Source of the DNA: Candidatus Omnitrophota bacterium
GTDB taxonomy: Bacteria > Omnitrophota > Gorgyraeia > Zapsychrales > JANLHA01
DNA: 64,000 bases
Assembly: GCA_963662715.1 (NCBI GenBank)
Contig: OY759724.1
Location: 1,178,662 to 1,242,661, forward strand
Direction: 5' to 3'
Shown: positions 12,001-27,000 of the stretch, in pieces
Numbering within the stretch: the first letter of the stretch is position 1
Layout of the letters: every line of letters starts with the position of its first letter
Translations under genes and position numbers: made by a program
The notes under the pieces: model-generated
What the model was told of the DNA's origin: nothing
The model's database searches: none
Seen by the model: the letters and a program-made list of their open reading frames with translations, nothing else

Positions 12001-15000
12001 ATGCCGTATACTCTTCCTGAGTCAGCGGGGTAGAGGACATCATCGTTGACGCGCCCACCGGAGAGGACACTCTTTCAGCGGACTGGACCTGCTTCCATGC
12101 CGTGTATTCTTCCTGAGTCAGCGGGGTAGAGGACATCATCGTTGACGCGCCCACCGGAGAAGAGACCTCTTCGGCAGCCTGGGCCTGTTTCCATGCCGTA
12201 TACTCTTCCTGGGTCAGCGGGGTAGAGGACATCATCGTTGACGCGCCCACCGGCAGCTGTCTCCTAACTTTTCTGTTAACGTCTGTTGTCCCGATCATTC
12301 TCACGACCGAAATATTTCGTGATGACTCATTTGCCCGATATTTCATATTCTCGATTCTATTCTTTAAGAACTCTTCTGTAACAACATAATACCCAAACAA
12401 CCGTTGGGCCATGGCAACAAACCATCGCCAGAGCCTGAGCAATGATTCGAGCAATGAACCTGGCCGGAGAATATTTTCAACAGGGATGTATATTGTCAGA
12501 GAGTTGTCCTCCTCGTCTTCCACCGGAACAAATCTCAATGTCACTTCTTCTTTCGGCACATAAGATGAAAGCATAAACGGAACGATCATCATCGAAGACG
12601 TCATGTTGGATCGTACGATAAGTTCCCGAGACATATCAACCGGGCTGGAAGATATCTCTTTACGGGCATCCTGAATATAAGCAAACCTCACCCGGAAAAC
12701 CTTCAAGGCCTTTACGATAAATTTTTTATCCATCCGGCGTCTGGCAAATTCTTCCTCTATCTTTTCAAGGGTTTGTTCTATTTTTCTTATGACATAATCC
12801 ACCTGCTCGCCAAGAATTTCGGCAACGGCCTCTTGACTGTCAAACTCCACACCCGCCAGCACTTCTTCTATAAGCCATTGCTCCAGGAAGGCCAAGTATT
12901 CCCGGGCATGATTTTGCATGCTGGCTTTCTTCGTGTCTAAAATCGTCATTTCATAGAACGGCTTAAGCGGATTCTCCTCTTTGGTAAATACCTGACCAGC
13001 CCCAACGCCAACAGTGGCATTGACAATATGCCATAATAATCTGACAATCAAAGTGTTCTCTATCTCCGTGCCCTTAATCTCCTTATAGACACGGATAATA
13101 TCTTCCGCGGTGATTTGTTCTCCCCAGGCAACAGGCAAGACTTCACTTAAACTGTCCACTGTCCTTAATTGATCCATTAAAATTTCTGTGTCCCATTTTG
13201 CTTCAATCGGACTGGAAACGTTTTCTTCATAAAGTTCACCGAAGCTTCCCTTGACGGAACGTCCGGCGGCAGCCGCATCCCCTGTCTCACCCTTTAATAA
13301 CACGGCTGCCACCGTATAAGTTCCTTGTCCCTTCACCCTTTCGTTGTTTGTTCCTGCCTCGGCCACCGGCGAGGACACCTCTCCGGCCTCTGAAAGCAGG
13401 TCTGTTGTTTTTGTTCTATTTCCTGCGATTCTCTCGCTCAACTCGCTTCTTTCTTCCCGGACTCCGGAGGAACGTCCGGCGGCAACCGCATCCCCTGTCT
13501 CACCCTTTAATAACACGGCTGCCACCGTATAAGTTCCTTGTCCCTTCACCCTTTCGTTGTTTGTTCCTGCCCCGGCCACCGGCGAAGACACCTCTCCGGC
13601 CTCTGAAAGCAGGTCTGTTGTTTTTGTTCTATTTCCTGCGATTCTCTCGCTTAACTCGCTTCTTTCTTCCCGGACTCCGGAGGAACGTCCGGCGGCAACC
13701 GCATCCCCTGTCTCACCCTTTAATAACACGGCTGCCACCGTATAAGTTCCTTGTCCCTTCACCCTTTCGTTGTTTGTTCCTGCCCCGGCCACCGGCGAGG
13801 ACACCTCTCCGGCCCCTGAAGACAGGGTTATTGTTTGTTGACTGACCTCTATAGCCTGATCGATCACCGCAGCTTGATCCGGCGTGATCTTCAAGATAAG
13901 GTCTAACTTAGTTCCCTGATCAATATCAATACGTTCAATGCTGTGTTCTCTTTCATCCCCCTTCTGCCAATAATACCCCCGGCCTTCTCCGGTGCTGTGC
14001 GTCTCAATGGAAATATTTTCTGCATTTTCGACCGTCAGCGTTAATCCATGTCCGAAATTACCGCCTTTATCCAAACGATTCCCCTCGACCACAGCTTCTT
14101 CAATACGGACATGTTCACCGTTCTGGTTAATAAATCCCTTCCCTTGATCCAAGACGATCACATGAATCGCGTCTTCGCCCTCTTCTGTCTCTGTTCTTTC
14201 AAGCAGGATCAAACCAAAACCGCTGCCATGCTGAGCGATATTCTGATTTATATATCTAAATGTCTGCTCCGCAGATCTGTAATGAGACAGGACAAACGAA
14301 CTAAGCCCGAAAAGTTTTAATACAGACCAATCCAGAACATTGGAATATCCCGAGAAACTCAAAACTCCTTCTTTTTTCATTGTTTCCAGAATCACTCTGA
14401 AGCGGTCCTTAACGGCTTGTTCCTCCCCGGTCAATTCCTTCTCGTACCAAGCATCCAAAGCTCTGATCCCCGGCAACAACTTCCACAACTCATTGACCGC
14501 TTCTCTCTGAATAGGACTTGAACTCGGGCCTTCAGGAAGATCCATTCTCGAATGCGCTCTTAATGCCGTCAGCAGCGCCTCGGCCTGAGACATGCTTGCC
14601 TTCCCGTTTCGAATCGCATTGATGCCGGCCATGCCGATCTCTTCATTTTCTAGGAGTCTGAGGAACACCTCCTGAACCTCCGGAGTTCCTTGGCGGGTCG
14701 CTCTGGACAACACATACTTCACTAACCTGCGGACGGCTTCTGCGGCTTGCTCATACCCTGTCTCTCTCTCATACCCTATCAGGAAGTCGCCCACATAATA
14801 CTGATAACTCCGGTATCTCTGGAACACCACCACGTTCACCAGCGCCTTCAGCGTCAGCTCGAGAGCTCCCTTCTGCTTGCTGAAATCGTTCTCCTTAAGG
14901 AACCCGATCACCTCTTTGATCAATCCTTCCGCCTCTTCCGACCGCTCTATCTGCTCGCGCCCCTGCGCTCCTTTTAACCGGTACACTCTTGATACATATT

Positions 15001-18000
15001 CTTCTGCCTGCTCAAACAACTCAACAACCGGCTCCGGAGCTGCTTCAACCCGGACCACTCTCATATCAACCTTGCCCGATTTGTACACCCGTATATCGAC
15101 GATCATCTCCGATTTGTCCTTCATCTCGATCCGCACTCTCTTCGCCTTCGGGGCATTATGGTAAATCGCCCACACCCGGCCGGCCTTCATCGCGTCAAAA
15201 TCATCCTGAGGATATCTGTTCCTCAGCCAGTCCCTCATATCTTCCGTGCGGGTTAACGTCATCTCATAACCCTGCATCCAGACAGCATCAATCTCTGCCA
15301 TACGAAGGTCCTTGCCCAACCGTGCTTTATAAGCCGCCTGCAGTTGATCAAACTTCTCTATGACAGCCGTGACAATCTCGTCGCGCACCGGGCCAAACGC
15401 CATCACTCTGCTTCGGATATTCTTGCGGATTTGTCCCTTCGTCGGCCCGAACAGGCTCAGCTGATCTTCATCCTCTTCACCCTTCGCTATCGGGCTGGAG
15501 GAACCTGAAGAAGCTTTCTGCTGCTTAATATTCTCTTTTAAGAATTCTCTTATAATTCGTCGTGTTTGCTCATAAAAGACGACATTGGCGTGCGGATTCT
15601 CTCCTTCTTTAGGTAATATGATATATTCCTCTGGATTACCCAATCCCCGTTTAAAGCCCTCAATAAATTCTTTTAAGGCGCGACCGGGTTCCTTATTTTC
15701 CAAGTCCGGAGAATGTATATCCTCTTCGACCATAATAGTCATCTTAGGACCTAAATAATCTCTCAAGGCATCAACTGTCTTCTCGCTGTATAAGTCTCGC
15801 ATCAATTCCCCGTAAGGATTGTTATCCTTCATTAAGGCATACCGGCCGCCGGAAAAGATATTACTGAAGAATGGATAGAACGGTAATAAATCAAAGCCCC
15901 TCTGTCGGCCGGCCAGTTCGGATCCAGCCAACGGCGTAGCAATCTCGAGGAAAGAGACGCCTTTGAACAAAGAGTGTCCTCTGTCTTTGTCGGTCTTAGC
16001 CGCCAACCTGAAGATAGTCCCGCCATTGGAATGCGTGACAACTCCCCCAAGGCGGGCCGCAGGATTTCTTAACTGAAATTCCGTCCATTTTTCCGATAAT
16101 TTTTGCATATTTTCTTTTACCGGCAGGAAGTAATCATAAAGGAAGAAGGCAATATTATATTTTCTTCTGAGCTCTTTGAAAGAAAGGGCAAAGGTATTAA
16201 ACGCGCCCCGGCCATTGCCGTGGATAAAGAGGATCACCGGCCTGTTATCCACGGTTTCAAGGGTGTGGATATCGGACAGCCCTTCCAAAATACGCATAAT
16301 TTCCTGTGATCTCGCATCATTCTTAGGCAATGTTTCTTTTAAAATCCGGGCAATATGGCCAATGACAATATCTTTACGTTCTGAAATTTCTATGTTTATT
16401 TGATTTAAGGCATCCTCGAAACCGGAACCCGATGTCGCCTTGTTGCTATCTTTAATCGCTTTTTCTAATGCGTTCATAAGCGGTGCAATAATTCCTTCGA
16501 ACCCGATTTTAATTTGGCCATTTTCTGATAACGCTTCGCCTTCTTCCTTTAATAAACCTTCATTCTTTACAAGTGTTGCGAATGCTTTCTCTGGATTCCG
16601 GGCTAATGCCATCATCGTTGCCAACGCAATGATGAATTCCCGGCGAGTTATAGTTACCGGGGAGGAACTGGAAATATCTTTTCCGACCCCGGTCTCCACC
16701 TCTTCCTTCATCATATGGACAGTTCTTTGATTCTCTCCTCTGCGCTTAGAGCTTGATGCCGGTTTCCTGGCGATGACATATTCATGCTTATCGCTACGAA
16801 ACGCCACTTCTTCATCCTTAAAACCCTTCTGTTTCATGACAGTAACGAGCTTAGCGCCCATCAACCCGGGCGCTTGTCCTTTCAAGAAATCAGTAGTTGC
16901 TTTAACTATAATTATTCCATCAGCCTGCAGCACGAAATAAGATTGCTCAATAATTTTCTCTAAAACATCAACAAAGAAGAATGGATTAATCAACTCACCC
17001 TCTCCAGCGGTGGCTAAAGCCTCACCGTATCTACTGATTCGTGCGTCCCTAAGGACATATAACAGACTGTCATTATGGACAACGACTCCCAGGGTTCCTC
17101 CGTTAAATTCAGCTGACAAATCTGTCGCGTCGCCATAGACTTGCGTGAGCACTGCCTTCTCCTCTATGTCGACTTTCTTTTGTCGTGCAACATCCAACAT
17201 GAACATCCTCTTAAGACCACCGTCTATTAAGCCTTGGGAAGGATTACGATTTGACGATGCGGCAACATCGATGCCTATCCGGCCTCCTAAATGATATCTA
17301 TGCGCAAGTTTTTCATATATTGTGCGTTCCTCATTAACAACTATCTGAACCGGGGAACTGGCCGGGTCATCATCAATTTCAGGACGATCCATCCTTGAAT
17401 GCACTCTGAATGCCGTCAGCATCGCTTCCGCCTGTTCCAGCGTCGCTGCGCCGAACCGGATCGCATTGATGCCGGCCATGCCGATCTTTTCGTTTTCTAA
17501 GAGTCCGAAGAACACATCCTGGACCTCTGGAGTCATTCGGCGGGTTGCTCTGCTTAAGACATACTTCACTAACCTGCGGACGCTTTCTTCTGCCTGTTCA
17601 TATCCGGTCTCCCTGGCATATCCTATCAGGAAGTCGCCCACATAATACTGATACCGGCGGTACTGCTGGAACACCACCACGTTCACCAGCGCCTTTAACG
17701 CCAGCTCAAGAGCTCCCTTCTGCTTGCTGAAATCGTTCTCCCTAAGGAACCCGGTCACCTCTTTTATCAACTCTTCCGCTTCACTTGACCGTTCAACCTG
17801 TTGGCGGCCATACGCGCTCTCCATCCGGTATCCTTTCGATACAAACCGATCGGCCGGAGTGAACAGGTCCATCTCAGATTCCAGGGCCGCGTCCACCCGG
17901 ACCACTCTCATATCCACCCTGCCTGACTTGAACACCCGCACATCCACGACCATCCGGGACCGGTCTTCCGTGTCGATCCGCAATCTCTTCGCCTTCGGGG

Positions 18001-21000
18001 CATTATGGTAAATCGCCCACACCCGTACGGCCTTCATCGCGTCAAAATCATCCTGCGGATATCTGTTCTTCAGCCAGCCCCTCATATCCTCCGTGCGGTC
18101 TAACGTCATCTCATAACCCTGCATCCAGACAGTATCAATATCTGCCATACGAAGGTCTTTGCCCAGCCGTGCTTTATAAGCCGCCTGCAGTTGATCAAAC
18201 TTCTCTATGACAGCCGTGACAATCTCGTCACGCACCGGACCAAACGCCATCACTCTGCTTCGGATATCCTTGCGGATTTGTCCCTTCGTCGGCCCGAACA
18301 GGCTCAGCTGATCTTCATCTTCTTCGCCCTTCGCTATCGGTGAGGATGTCTGATCCTTAGACGCCTCCGCCCCCAGAGAGCGGACGGCCTCTTTCACATC
18401 CAACGTCATATCACTTCCGGCCAGATCGCGGATATCGGCTGCGCTTAATGTCTCACCCTGAATAATCCTTGACCGGTAGAGTGTCATCCAGCGGCGATGA
18501 ACGGTCTTATCATTAAATGTAAAACCGAACTTCAGGTAGAAAACCACGGCACCTGAATCTAATGCATAGTCATTATCAATCTGTGACCGCATCAGATGAA
18601 CCTGCTTCACGTCAAAATGACTGTGGATGCTCTTAATCAGGGCAGCAAACATGTCTTTGCTCTTTTGGCCTTCATGCCGGAATTCATCAAACAAGCGGTA
18701 GACAAGATGAGCGCCGTTTCTGTCCGTGATGACCGTGCCGTAGGCCAGGACCTGATCTTTTTCAACAACAGCAAGATAATAACCGCTGTCAATCCCCAAA
18801 CGAGCCAGGAAGACAACCCGCACCCCATCCATAATTGGGCCGGCATAAACCTCATATTCATTCACATCGTCTGCCTGTCCTCCGCCGATCCAGACATCTT
18901 TTGCTTCAAAGGCTTCCTGCAGCCAGGCGGCATATAAATGAGCTTCCTGCAATGTTGCTCTAAAAAGTCGTGTGGTTTCGGTCAGCTGTCTTACTTGCGG
19001 ATAAAGGAGGTGTCCCGCACGAACCGGGGAACTGGACGGCGTTCTGCCGGATTCGGAATCCGGAGTCTTCATCGGAATAATAATGTCAAACCGGGCTCCC
19101 AGGATCTTCCCTGTCTGGCCTTTAATGTTCCGTGCTGTAATCGTGCCGTCAAAACATTCCTCAATGATCTTACGGCTCAGGTATAAGCCTAACCCGTGGG
19201 CTTCGTCTTCTGCGAAACGCCGGCTGAACCATTCCTTGAAAATCAGGTTGATCAGGTCTTCTTCGCCGGCGAACGTGGCCCTTGCCTTGTTCCAGACATT
19301 CAGTTCAACGGCCTTGCTTCTGAGAATATCCGGCTGGAATCCCTGTCCGTTATCCCTGAAGCTGATTTTTAAATAACCGTCTTCATAGCCCATGTCCATT
19401 TTCAGCCGGACTTTTAAGAAACCGATCCCGGCATGACTGTAAGCATTGCTGATCAAATTCTTCAGCACATAGAAGAGCCCGTCCTTATAAACCGGCATAA
19501 ACACCTGCGGCGTCCCGGGATGAATGACCACCTCGATACCTCCGGTCCGCATCCAGGTCCGCCCATGGAAATCATCCAATGCCAATGTCTCCAAAAGAAT
19601 ACCGTTACGGACGATATCGATTCTCCTGGCGAATTCTTCAATGCTTCGAGCAAAATTCTTCTTAACCAACGCCCATGTGTCCTGATGGTCCGCTATCTCT
19701 GCGAGGTTGATGCCCTGTTGCTTTCTGTAATCCTCAATTAAGTACTCCAACCCTTCACACATTTTCTGGATACTTTTAGCTTTTATCTCTGCCTGCGGTT
19801 TTTTCAGCAAGGCCGAGAAAGCCGCAAAAATAGCGTCAATTCTCCTGTACAGGTCCAGATAGATCCTGACCAGGGCGAGGTTGTCCTCTTGTCCTTCATA
19901 ATACATATCCAGAACCTGCAGGTTGCCTAATACGGCAAACAGCAATGAACGTAAGTCATGCGTCAAGATGCCGAAGGACAGTAAAGCTCTTTGCTGAATA
20001 TTAATACCCAATGACTGTCCGGTACGGACGGCCCGTTCTATCTGATCTTTCTTAAACAGCAATTTATAATGATCCGGCTGATCTCTTCTCAGGACCCCTC
20101 TTCTGACCAGAAGATCGAGGGCCATGTTCAGAGCTCGGGTGCTCTTGATATCCAAGAGGCCCGGGGCTCCCTGAGTTGCGGCCAAATAGATAACCGGCGT
20201 CAGCTGACCATCCTGGGCAAAGGCGTAAAGTCCGCGTGTTTCCAGAATAGTTCTTAACACTTCTTCCTCGGCATGATCTTTCCAGGCTTCCACCGGAGAA
20301 CTGGCCTTTTGAACCGTTAAGACTTCGGCGTTTAATTTCGTTGAAATGTTCATGGAAGCAGAAAATCCTAGGCTTTCCAGAGCAGGAATCGCCTCTCTTG
20401 AATTCTGATAATTGTGAATCACGACGGCATCCCGATTTAAGACCGGGTTAAGGCTCTTCATGTGTTCAAGATATTCCGCCTGCTTAAGATGTTTAAGGCC
20501 CATGAAGCTCACGATGAAATCAATCTGTTCCGGAGCGAAGTAATAAGGCAAGTTTTCTGCGACATCCAGAATAAACGTAATCGACGGGTGGAGGTTCTGC
20601 CACTTGACGGCCTGGCATTCATCCCCAAAGCCGAACAATTGAATCCTCCCGAGATCTCCTTCTTCAAGCGTTCCCTGCCTGACCTGTTCTTCCAAATCTT
20701 TGGCTATTGTGTTTACGGCCACGCCTTCCCCTGTTCCCCAGCAAACATAAGTGACCTTTCTGTCCGGCACGGCGCTTCTCTTCACCCTGCGGACCCTCTC
20801 AACGATCATCCGTACGATATCGATACCAAATTCTCTGTTGATATCCACCAGCCTTGTGTCCGTAAATATCGACCTTCTGACTTCGGTAAAGCCGTCAAGC
20901 AGACCGGTCTGGCTGTTCAAATAAACACGGCCGTTATAGAAATAATCAATGTCTTTAATCTTATCAACAGGAAGCGTGGTCAGCAGTCTCGGTCCGGCCG

Positions 21001-24000
21001 GGAAGAAAGTTTCTTTGATCGACATCTCTTCTGATACGGATCTGATAACACTGCCCGGCGCCATTTTGCGTATCGGGGAGGAACTGGTCTTGGGGCCGGA
21101 TGACTCTGTCGTTGTTGGGCGCTCTTTGTTTTGCGATGTTCCGGCCCGTCCGCCGATATACTGGCCGATAATCGCTAAAGATTTCTCTATTTGCCCCCGG
21201 CCCCGTTCGACAACCTCATAAGCTCTTTGTCCTAACGCATCCGCCAGATCATCATTTTCAAATACCCGGATCAGTTCACGCCCTAACTCCGAGGTTTTCT
21301 TCAATTGAATGATCGCATCGTGAGAGATAAAATCTCCCATCATATCTTCAAAGTTTTCTGTATATGGACCGACAATGACAGGTTTGGCAAAATTGGCAGG
21401 TTCCAGAGGATTGTGTCCGCCTAACGTATACCAGAAACTTCCGGCAACAACGACGACACTGGCAATGGAATAGAGGGATTTTAATTCACCATACGTATCC
21501 AGCATAATCACCTGAGGAGGTCCGCGAGGATCTATGGAACTCAAAGCAGATTTGCGTATCGCCGGAATACCCTGCAACTCCAAATACCGCATAAATCCGT
21601 CAACATCAGCAAGATTGCGCGGAGCAAATATCAGTTTCACATTTTCCAATCCCGGACGGATAATCAATTCTTTATAGGCCTTGACCAATTCAACTTCTTC
21701 ACGTTCATGAACACTTCCGTAAACAAGAATCTTATCTGTTCGGTTTAATCCCAAATGTTTTAATAACTCTGTTCTTTCATCTTCCGATAAAGTAATCAGG
21801 GATGTGTCATATTTAATATTTCCAATAATGGAAATCCTGTCGTCTCCGACCCCTCTCTGCTGCAGGAATTCTCTTGCAAGTTCAGAAACGGCACCGAAAT
21901 GATCCGTCAATTCCACGAGTTTACGGCCGTAGAACCGATATTTTACCCGAAGGACTTCACCAAGAGACTGGTCGTCCGACAAGAAAGAGTTGATCACGAC
22001 CGTAGCCGCCCCATATTTTTCTTTGGCAATTCTAACGAATTTAGGCCCTAACCCTATAAACGATTCCTGGACGACGACATGAACCGGCCTGATAACTCTG
22101 AACAGCCGATTAACAGCGGACTTCATATCAAAGACATACGGAAGAACAACGATATCCTTATCAGCTAAACTCGCCATGTCTTTGACATTTTGGGTGCTGT
22201 TTGTCAGCAGGACAATACGATAATCCGGATAAGTCTGCTGCAGAGCTTCTATCAGGGATATGGAATTAATAACTTCCCCGACACCGCAGGCGGAGACCAC
22301 GATGGATTTCCTGTCGTCTTTGAATGTGGCCTTAATGTCTCGCGGGATATACCCAAAGCCTGCCGGAATATCGCTCCAGTGACGATGCTGCTTGATAAGA
22401 TGTCGCACAAAATTCATGCTGTACAACGGGGCAAAAAGCAGGTCTTTAACGAAGAAGGTCAGCCTTGAGTCTCTTTCAAGCCATTTGGAACCCGTAACCG
22501 ATACAATAACAGCCGCACATGCACTTCTGCCGGATTTCTTAATCATCTTGTAGGAATGATACATTCCCAAACGCAGGAGGGCATAGAAAGATTTTCTTTC
22601 TTGTCCGTTATCCTTCCCCTGCTTGACCGGGCTGGAAACCTTGTTTTCCGGAGACTTAACGCGATAGTTGTACATTTCCGGAACATCATCCTGATCAATC
22701 CTTTCAAAAGAGTATCCTTCAGCCAGCATGGAGCCCAACAAGACACCTTGTTCACCCCGGTCTTCCAGTAATTCGTTTTCAACGTAAAAGGTCACCTCTC
22801 CGTCTATGGAGAAATTGAGATAGATATTACCGAACGCTCTGTTAACATTGCCGTACGCATCCCACATCGGCAATGTCTCGATATCAAATTTCCGGCGAAT
22901 AGTGTCCGCCTGCCCTTTGGTCCACTCGACAGCCCATTCCCAGACATTCTCATCCGGGATGCCGGTCTCTTCCTGGACAGCCTTCCAAATCCTGGACTGC
23001 AAGTCGTTAATAAGCGTGACGGTCTCCATTCCGTCATAAACGTAGCGGATCACCAGATCTTTGTTCTGTAAGGTCCGGATGACATTGACGAACTCTTCCT
23101 GATACTTGGCCGTGACACGGGCTATCCTTTGCCGGCCGGCTTCTCTGTCAATATCCGCTTCGGACGAATACACCGCTTTGAAGGCATCATGATGCCAAAC
23201 ATGGAAACTCAGGTTGACCTGCAAATCAAACGGCAGGGTCGCCAGCCGTTCGGCCGCCTGCTGGGCCCGGCGGTCGTTCACCCTCCAGCCGTGTGTCACC
23301 AGCCAGACATCAAAGCCCCGTTTATGAATGGCATCCACGACATCGGCGATATCCTTGCCCGAAGCCTCATCATAATAGTTCATCGGTTCAAGGTCCTGGC
23401 ACACGGAAACACCTCGGACCAGACTGGCTCTCACCCAGTTCAGGAATTCCTCTTGCTGAGGCCCGGACAGAAGATCTTGCATCGCCTCTCTGATCACCGA
23501 ATGCATGGCGATGTATGGATTCTGGTCACTTAATAAACGCGTCTGCCGGTATGTGCTGGCCTGTTCGATAAAGTCGGCAAACAGCTGCTGATAACGCTCA
23601 TCAGTCTCCTCTAATAAGTAATCTATAAGCCATTCCTGGGTTTCCTGAGTCCAGCGGGCTTTCCTGAATTCCGCAATAAATTCTTCCCGGACATTGACAA
23701 TAGAATCCAACACTTTTTCGATCTGTTCAAACGGCATCACCCGTCCGTTCTTGGAGCTGCCGAAGAGACAGATCAGACAGCCGCGGTTACATCCCGACAT
23801 AATCTGAATGACCGGAATACGCTTGCGGTAGAAACGGTCCAGGCGCCCGCCGAACATGATGTAGCCCTGCGGCGGCGTAAAGTAAACCTGGCGGATGGTC
23901 CTCTCCCAGACGTCTCCATTAACCGGGCTGGAGGACATGTTTTCGTTCTCTGACTGTTTCAAAGACAGCAGGACAAATATGCCGTCATCCGATAAATAGA

Positions 24001-27000
24001 AATCACTGTTGTCCGCTTCTTGCGTCTTCAGAGATTCTATTAATTCCCACACGGCAATATGAATAAGATAGAAGTGATCCATGGAGATATCTGCCGGGAA
24101 CATAACTTTTGAGGTTTCTGCCCAATATCGCTCATAGACTTCTGGGAAGCGTTCCTTCAAATGACCCCTTGTGGCAAAGACCGGAACAAGGCCTTCAACG
24201 CCAATTTGATCGGCTGTATAATCAAGAATCATTTCTTCGGTATCCCCATTCTCCTGGACAACCAGCATGGATAAATAATAATGTCCGGCCCTGCGGCTGA
24301 AAAGCACCCGGGCATCGATACCGTCTTCTGCCAGGGATTCTCCCGCCAAGATGGACATGCTTTCACATCCTTTAGGATATACCGGGAAGTCCTCATGATA
24401 ATAAGCGCGTTTGAAGTAAGCATGGCGCTGGATAAAATCTTGCATGCTTTCAATAGACACCGGTTGAATGGTTGCGGGCAGGACTCTCCCGCTGCTGACC
24501 GGGGAACTTGCGGCCGCAGAAAGCATAAATGCCTCTACGGTCTCTTGAAGGACGGTCTTGCTGTAGAAAGCCGTCAGGCTAAGACGGACCGTATTGCCTT
24601 CACGGATAAACAGTTTTTCAGGATCTTCGGCAAAATGAACGATTCTTATCTGCAGGTCACCGAGGCTCAATCCCTTTCTCTCGACAACATTGCTGACAAA
24701 ACCGGTCAGCAGCTTAAGTTCTTCCTGCGACACATAAGGTTTCCGGCTGGCAAGTTTATACGGATATTGACGTGACGGATTATAATCAACGACATGATGC
24801 GTAAACCCGGCTTTGTCCCGGATATGAGCCAGCAGGGCATAAGCGCTGTCGTCCTGAGCCAACATGCGGATTCCTTTCCGGTCAATAACAGTTCTTAAAA
24901 CGGCTTCCGTATCGTCATTTTCAATATCTGAAACGATAATGGTGTTGACCGGCAAGTCCATCATATCCAAGAGCACGCTGTAAATACCCCGCCCGGCAAC
25001 GTCGTTCAAATAAACCCAGGCATACAAAGCATTCATGCCGTTTTCGGAATAAATGCTGAATCTTGCCTCACCCGGGGCAACGCCGTAAACGCCTTCTCCG
25101 ACATAAACCCTTAATTCATAATTATCCGATTCGGCGCGCACCGGATAATCAAAATCATCTTTTCCGACGACATATTCTTCTTCGTTCAGGACATCGGCCA
25201 TTTCATCAATGTCAATAACCCTCGGCTTACCCCGGACCTGATACTGTGTTGTCCACGCGCTGTTTTCAAGGCTTAAGACCGCAATATCCCTGTCTTTCCG
25301 CTCTGCCGGCATATTGTTTTTCCGGATGACCGGGCTGGAAGAGCCGGAAGACTCTCTTAAAATCTGTTCGGATAACATAACAGCCGGAGCTTCGACGCGG
25401 ATAATCAGAGACTCGATTTCCTGTGCGGCGACCAATCCCTCCTTACTGCGCTGCTTGACGGAGAAGACCTCGTATTCTGTCACGGCCGGCAAGACCGTCT
25501 GACGTTCTTCCATGACTTTTCTTACAATATTGGCTGCTGTCGTAACGTTCTTAACGGCCAGGTAAGCCGTATCCCTTATTGATGCCTCCTCATGAATATA
25601 ATCCTGAACCGTCTGAATATATCTTAAAGCGCCTTTGGCGGCTGTCGTCTGCCGGTGAACTGTATCCAGGAGGCTCCTGTGATAAGCCGTTGTGCCGGGC
25701 TGAATATTGAGCAGGTTCCAGGCCCGGGCAAGCGTCCCTTCCGATGTGTTATAAATCTCTGTGCCCTCGGCAAAAATCGTAGAGAGCGCCAGCATAATGC
25801 CGCCTTTATCTTCGACAGAGACGTCCCTGCCCCCGACATTAATAACCTGGTACTGAATACGGCCTATGCGGGTTTCCATAGAACCCGTCATCAGGGCCGG
25901 ATCCAGGGAGGAGGCATCGGCCACGATCACCACATCAATATCGTTCGGCTCTGTTGACCAGAGGCTGCTGCCAAAAGCATAGACCAGACGGATATAAGGA
26001 ACCGCGGCCGCAAACGTTTCATGGACCATAATCTCTGCTGCTAACCAGGCCGAATCAATCGTCGCTCCGGCAGGAGTATGGATCATCACTTCGGTATTCA
26101 CAACCGGGCTGCTGGCGGGTTCTCCACCCTCTTCCTGGCTGAGCAGAGCTTTTCTTTTTTCCGCTTCTTCAAGAATATTTTCCAGCAACTCGTGCAGACG
26201 ACCGTATCCGAAATTGCGGGACGCCATATGATAGGCGGTCTTAACCATCGGCAGGGCTCTAACACGTCTGATCCGCTCCTCCTGGCTTTCCGCGTCTATG
26301 GCATTAACCAGCTGGATGACTTTCTGAACCGTCTGCCGGAACGCTAAATAATATTCCAGAGAATACTTCACATACTGCTCTATTTTTTCTTGAGACACTC
26401 CGTTAAATGACTGAAGGAAAAGCTTCTGCTTTTCAATCTCCTTCTCCGGGAAAAGAGGAAGTTCAAGGAAATGCTGCAAATCGACGGCTTTAACCTGATT
26501 AGGATTAATATTATATTCCATAAGAAATTCATCACTGAGCTGAGGATACTCAATAGCCTGGCCTTTCATCTGTTTCTTGATAAACACAGTATAAATTTGA
26601 TACGGATACACGATAACCGGACGCTGGGCCGCAATTCCTTCGATCAGACCATTTCCAAAAGCTTCAAAGGTGGATGAATAACTGACAAAATCCAAATTGG
26701 CATAAACGTCTTCCAGAGAATAGACCTTATTGCCTTTTTTATCTTCTTTACGGCCGGCGTTAACCTGGACTCCCCTGCCTTCCAGCCAGGTCACGACCGC
26801 GACATCCTCCCCACCCCCATGACGCAACTCTAATCTGTCAATAAACCTCGCAAGTTTATCCTCATACGCATAATCCTTGCCGTTGAGTTGTCCTGTGATC
26901 AAAAGCTTGTAGCGGGCTGCCCGCGCCGGATCCATTTCCTTGATAAGCTTAAGAAGAAGAACCGGCAGTTCGAGGCTCTTCCTTTCAATAATTCTGATAA

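Noticed and set aside
13290-13850. Possible CRISPR array or non-coding tandem repeat at the 213 nt periodic region
   Set aside because: The repeats are in frame within the giant ORF and encode a 71 aa protein repeat. Units abut directly with no variable spacers, and the period is far larger than a CRISPR repeat.
18360-21060. GNAT acetyltransferase (18360 to 19010) and an additional methyltransferase (20300 to 21060)
   Set aside because: There are only weak, non-diagnostic resemblances: a CWGTGEGVA glycine-rich loop, and a VVEKDQVLAYGTVI beta-strand pattern. This is not enough motif evidence to call them.
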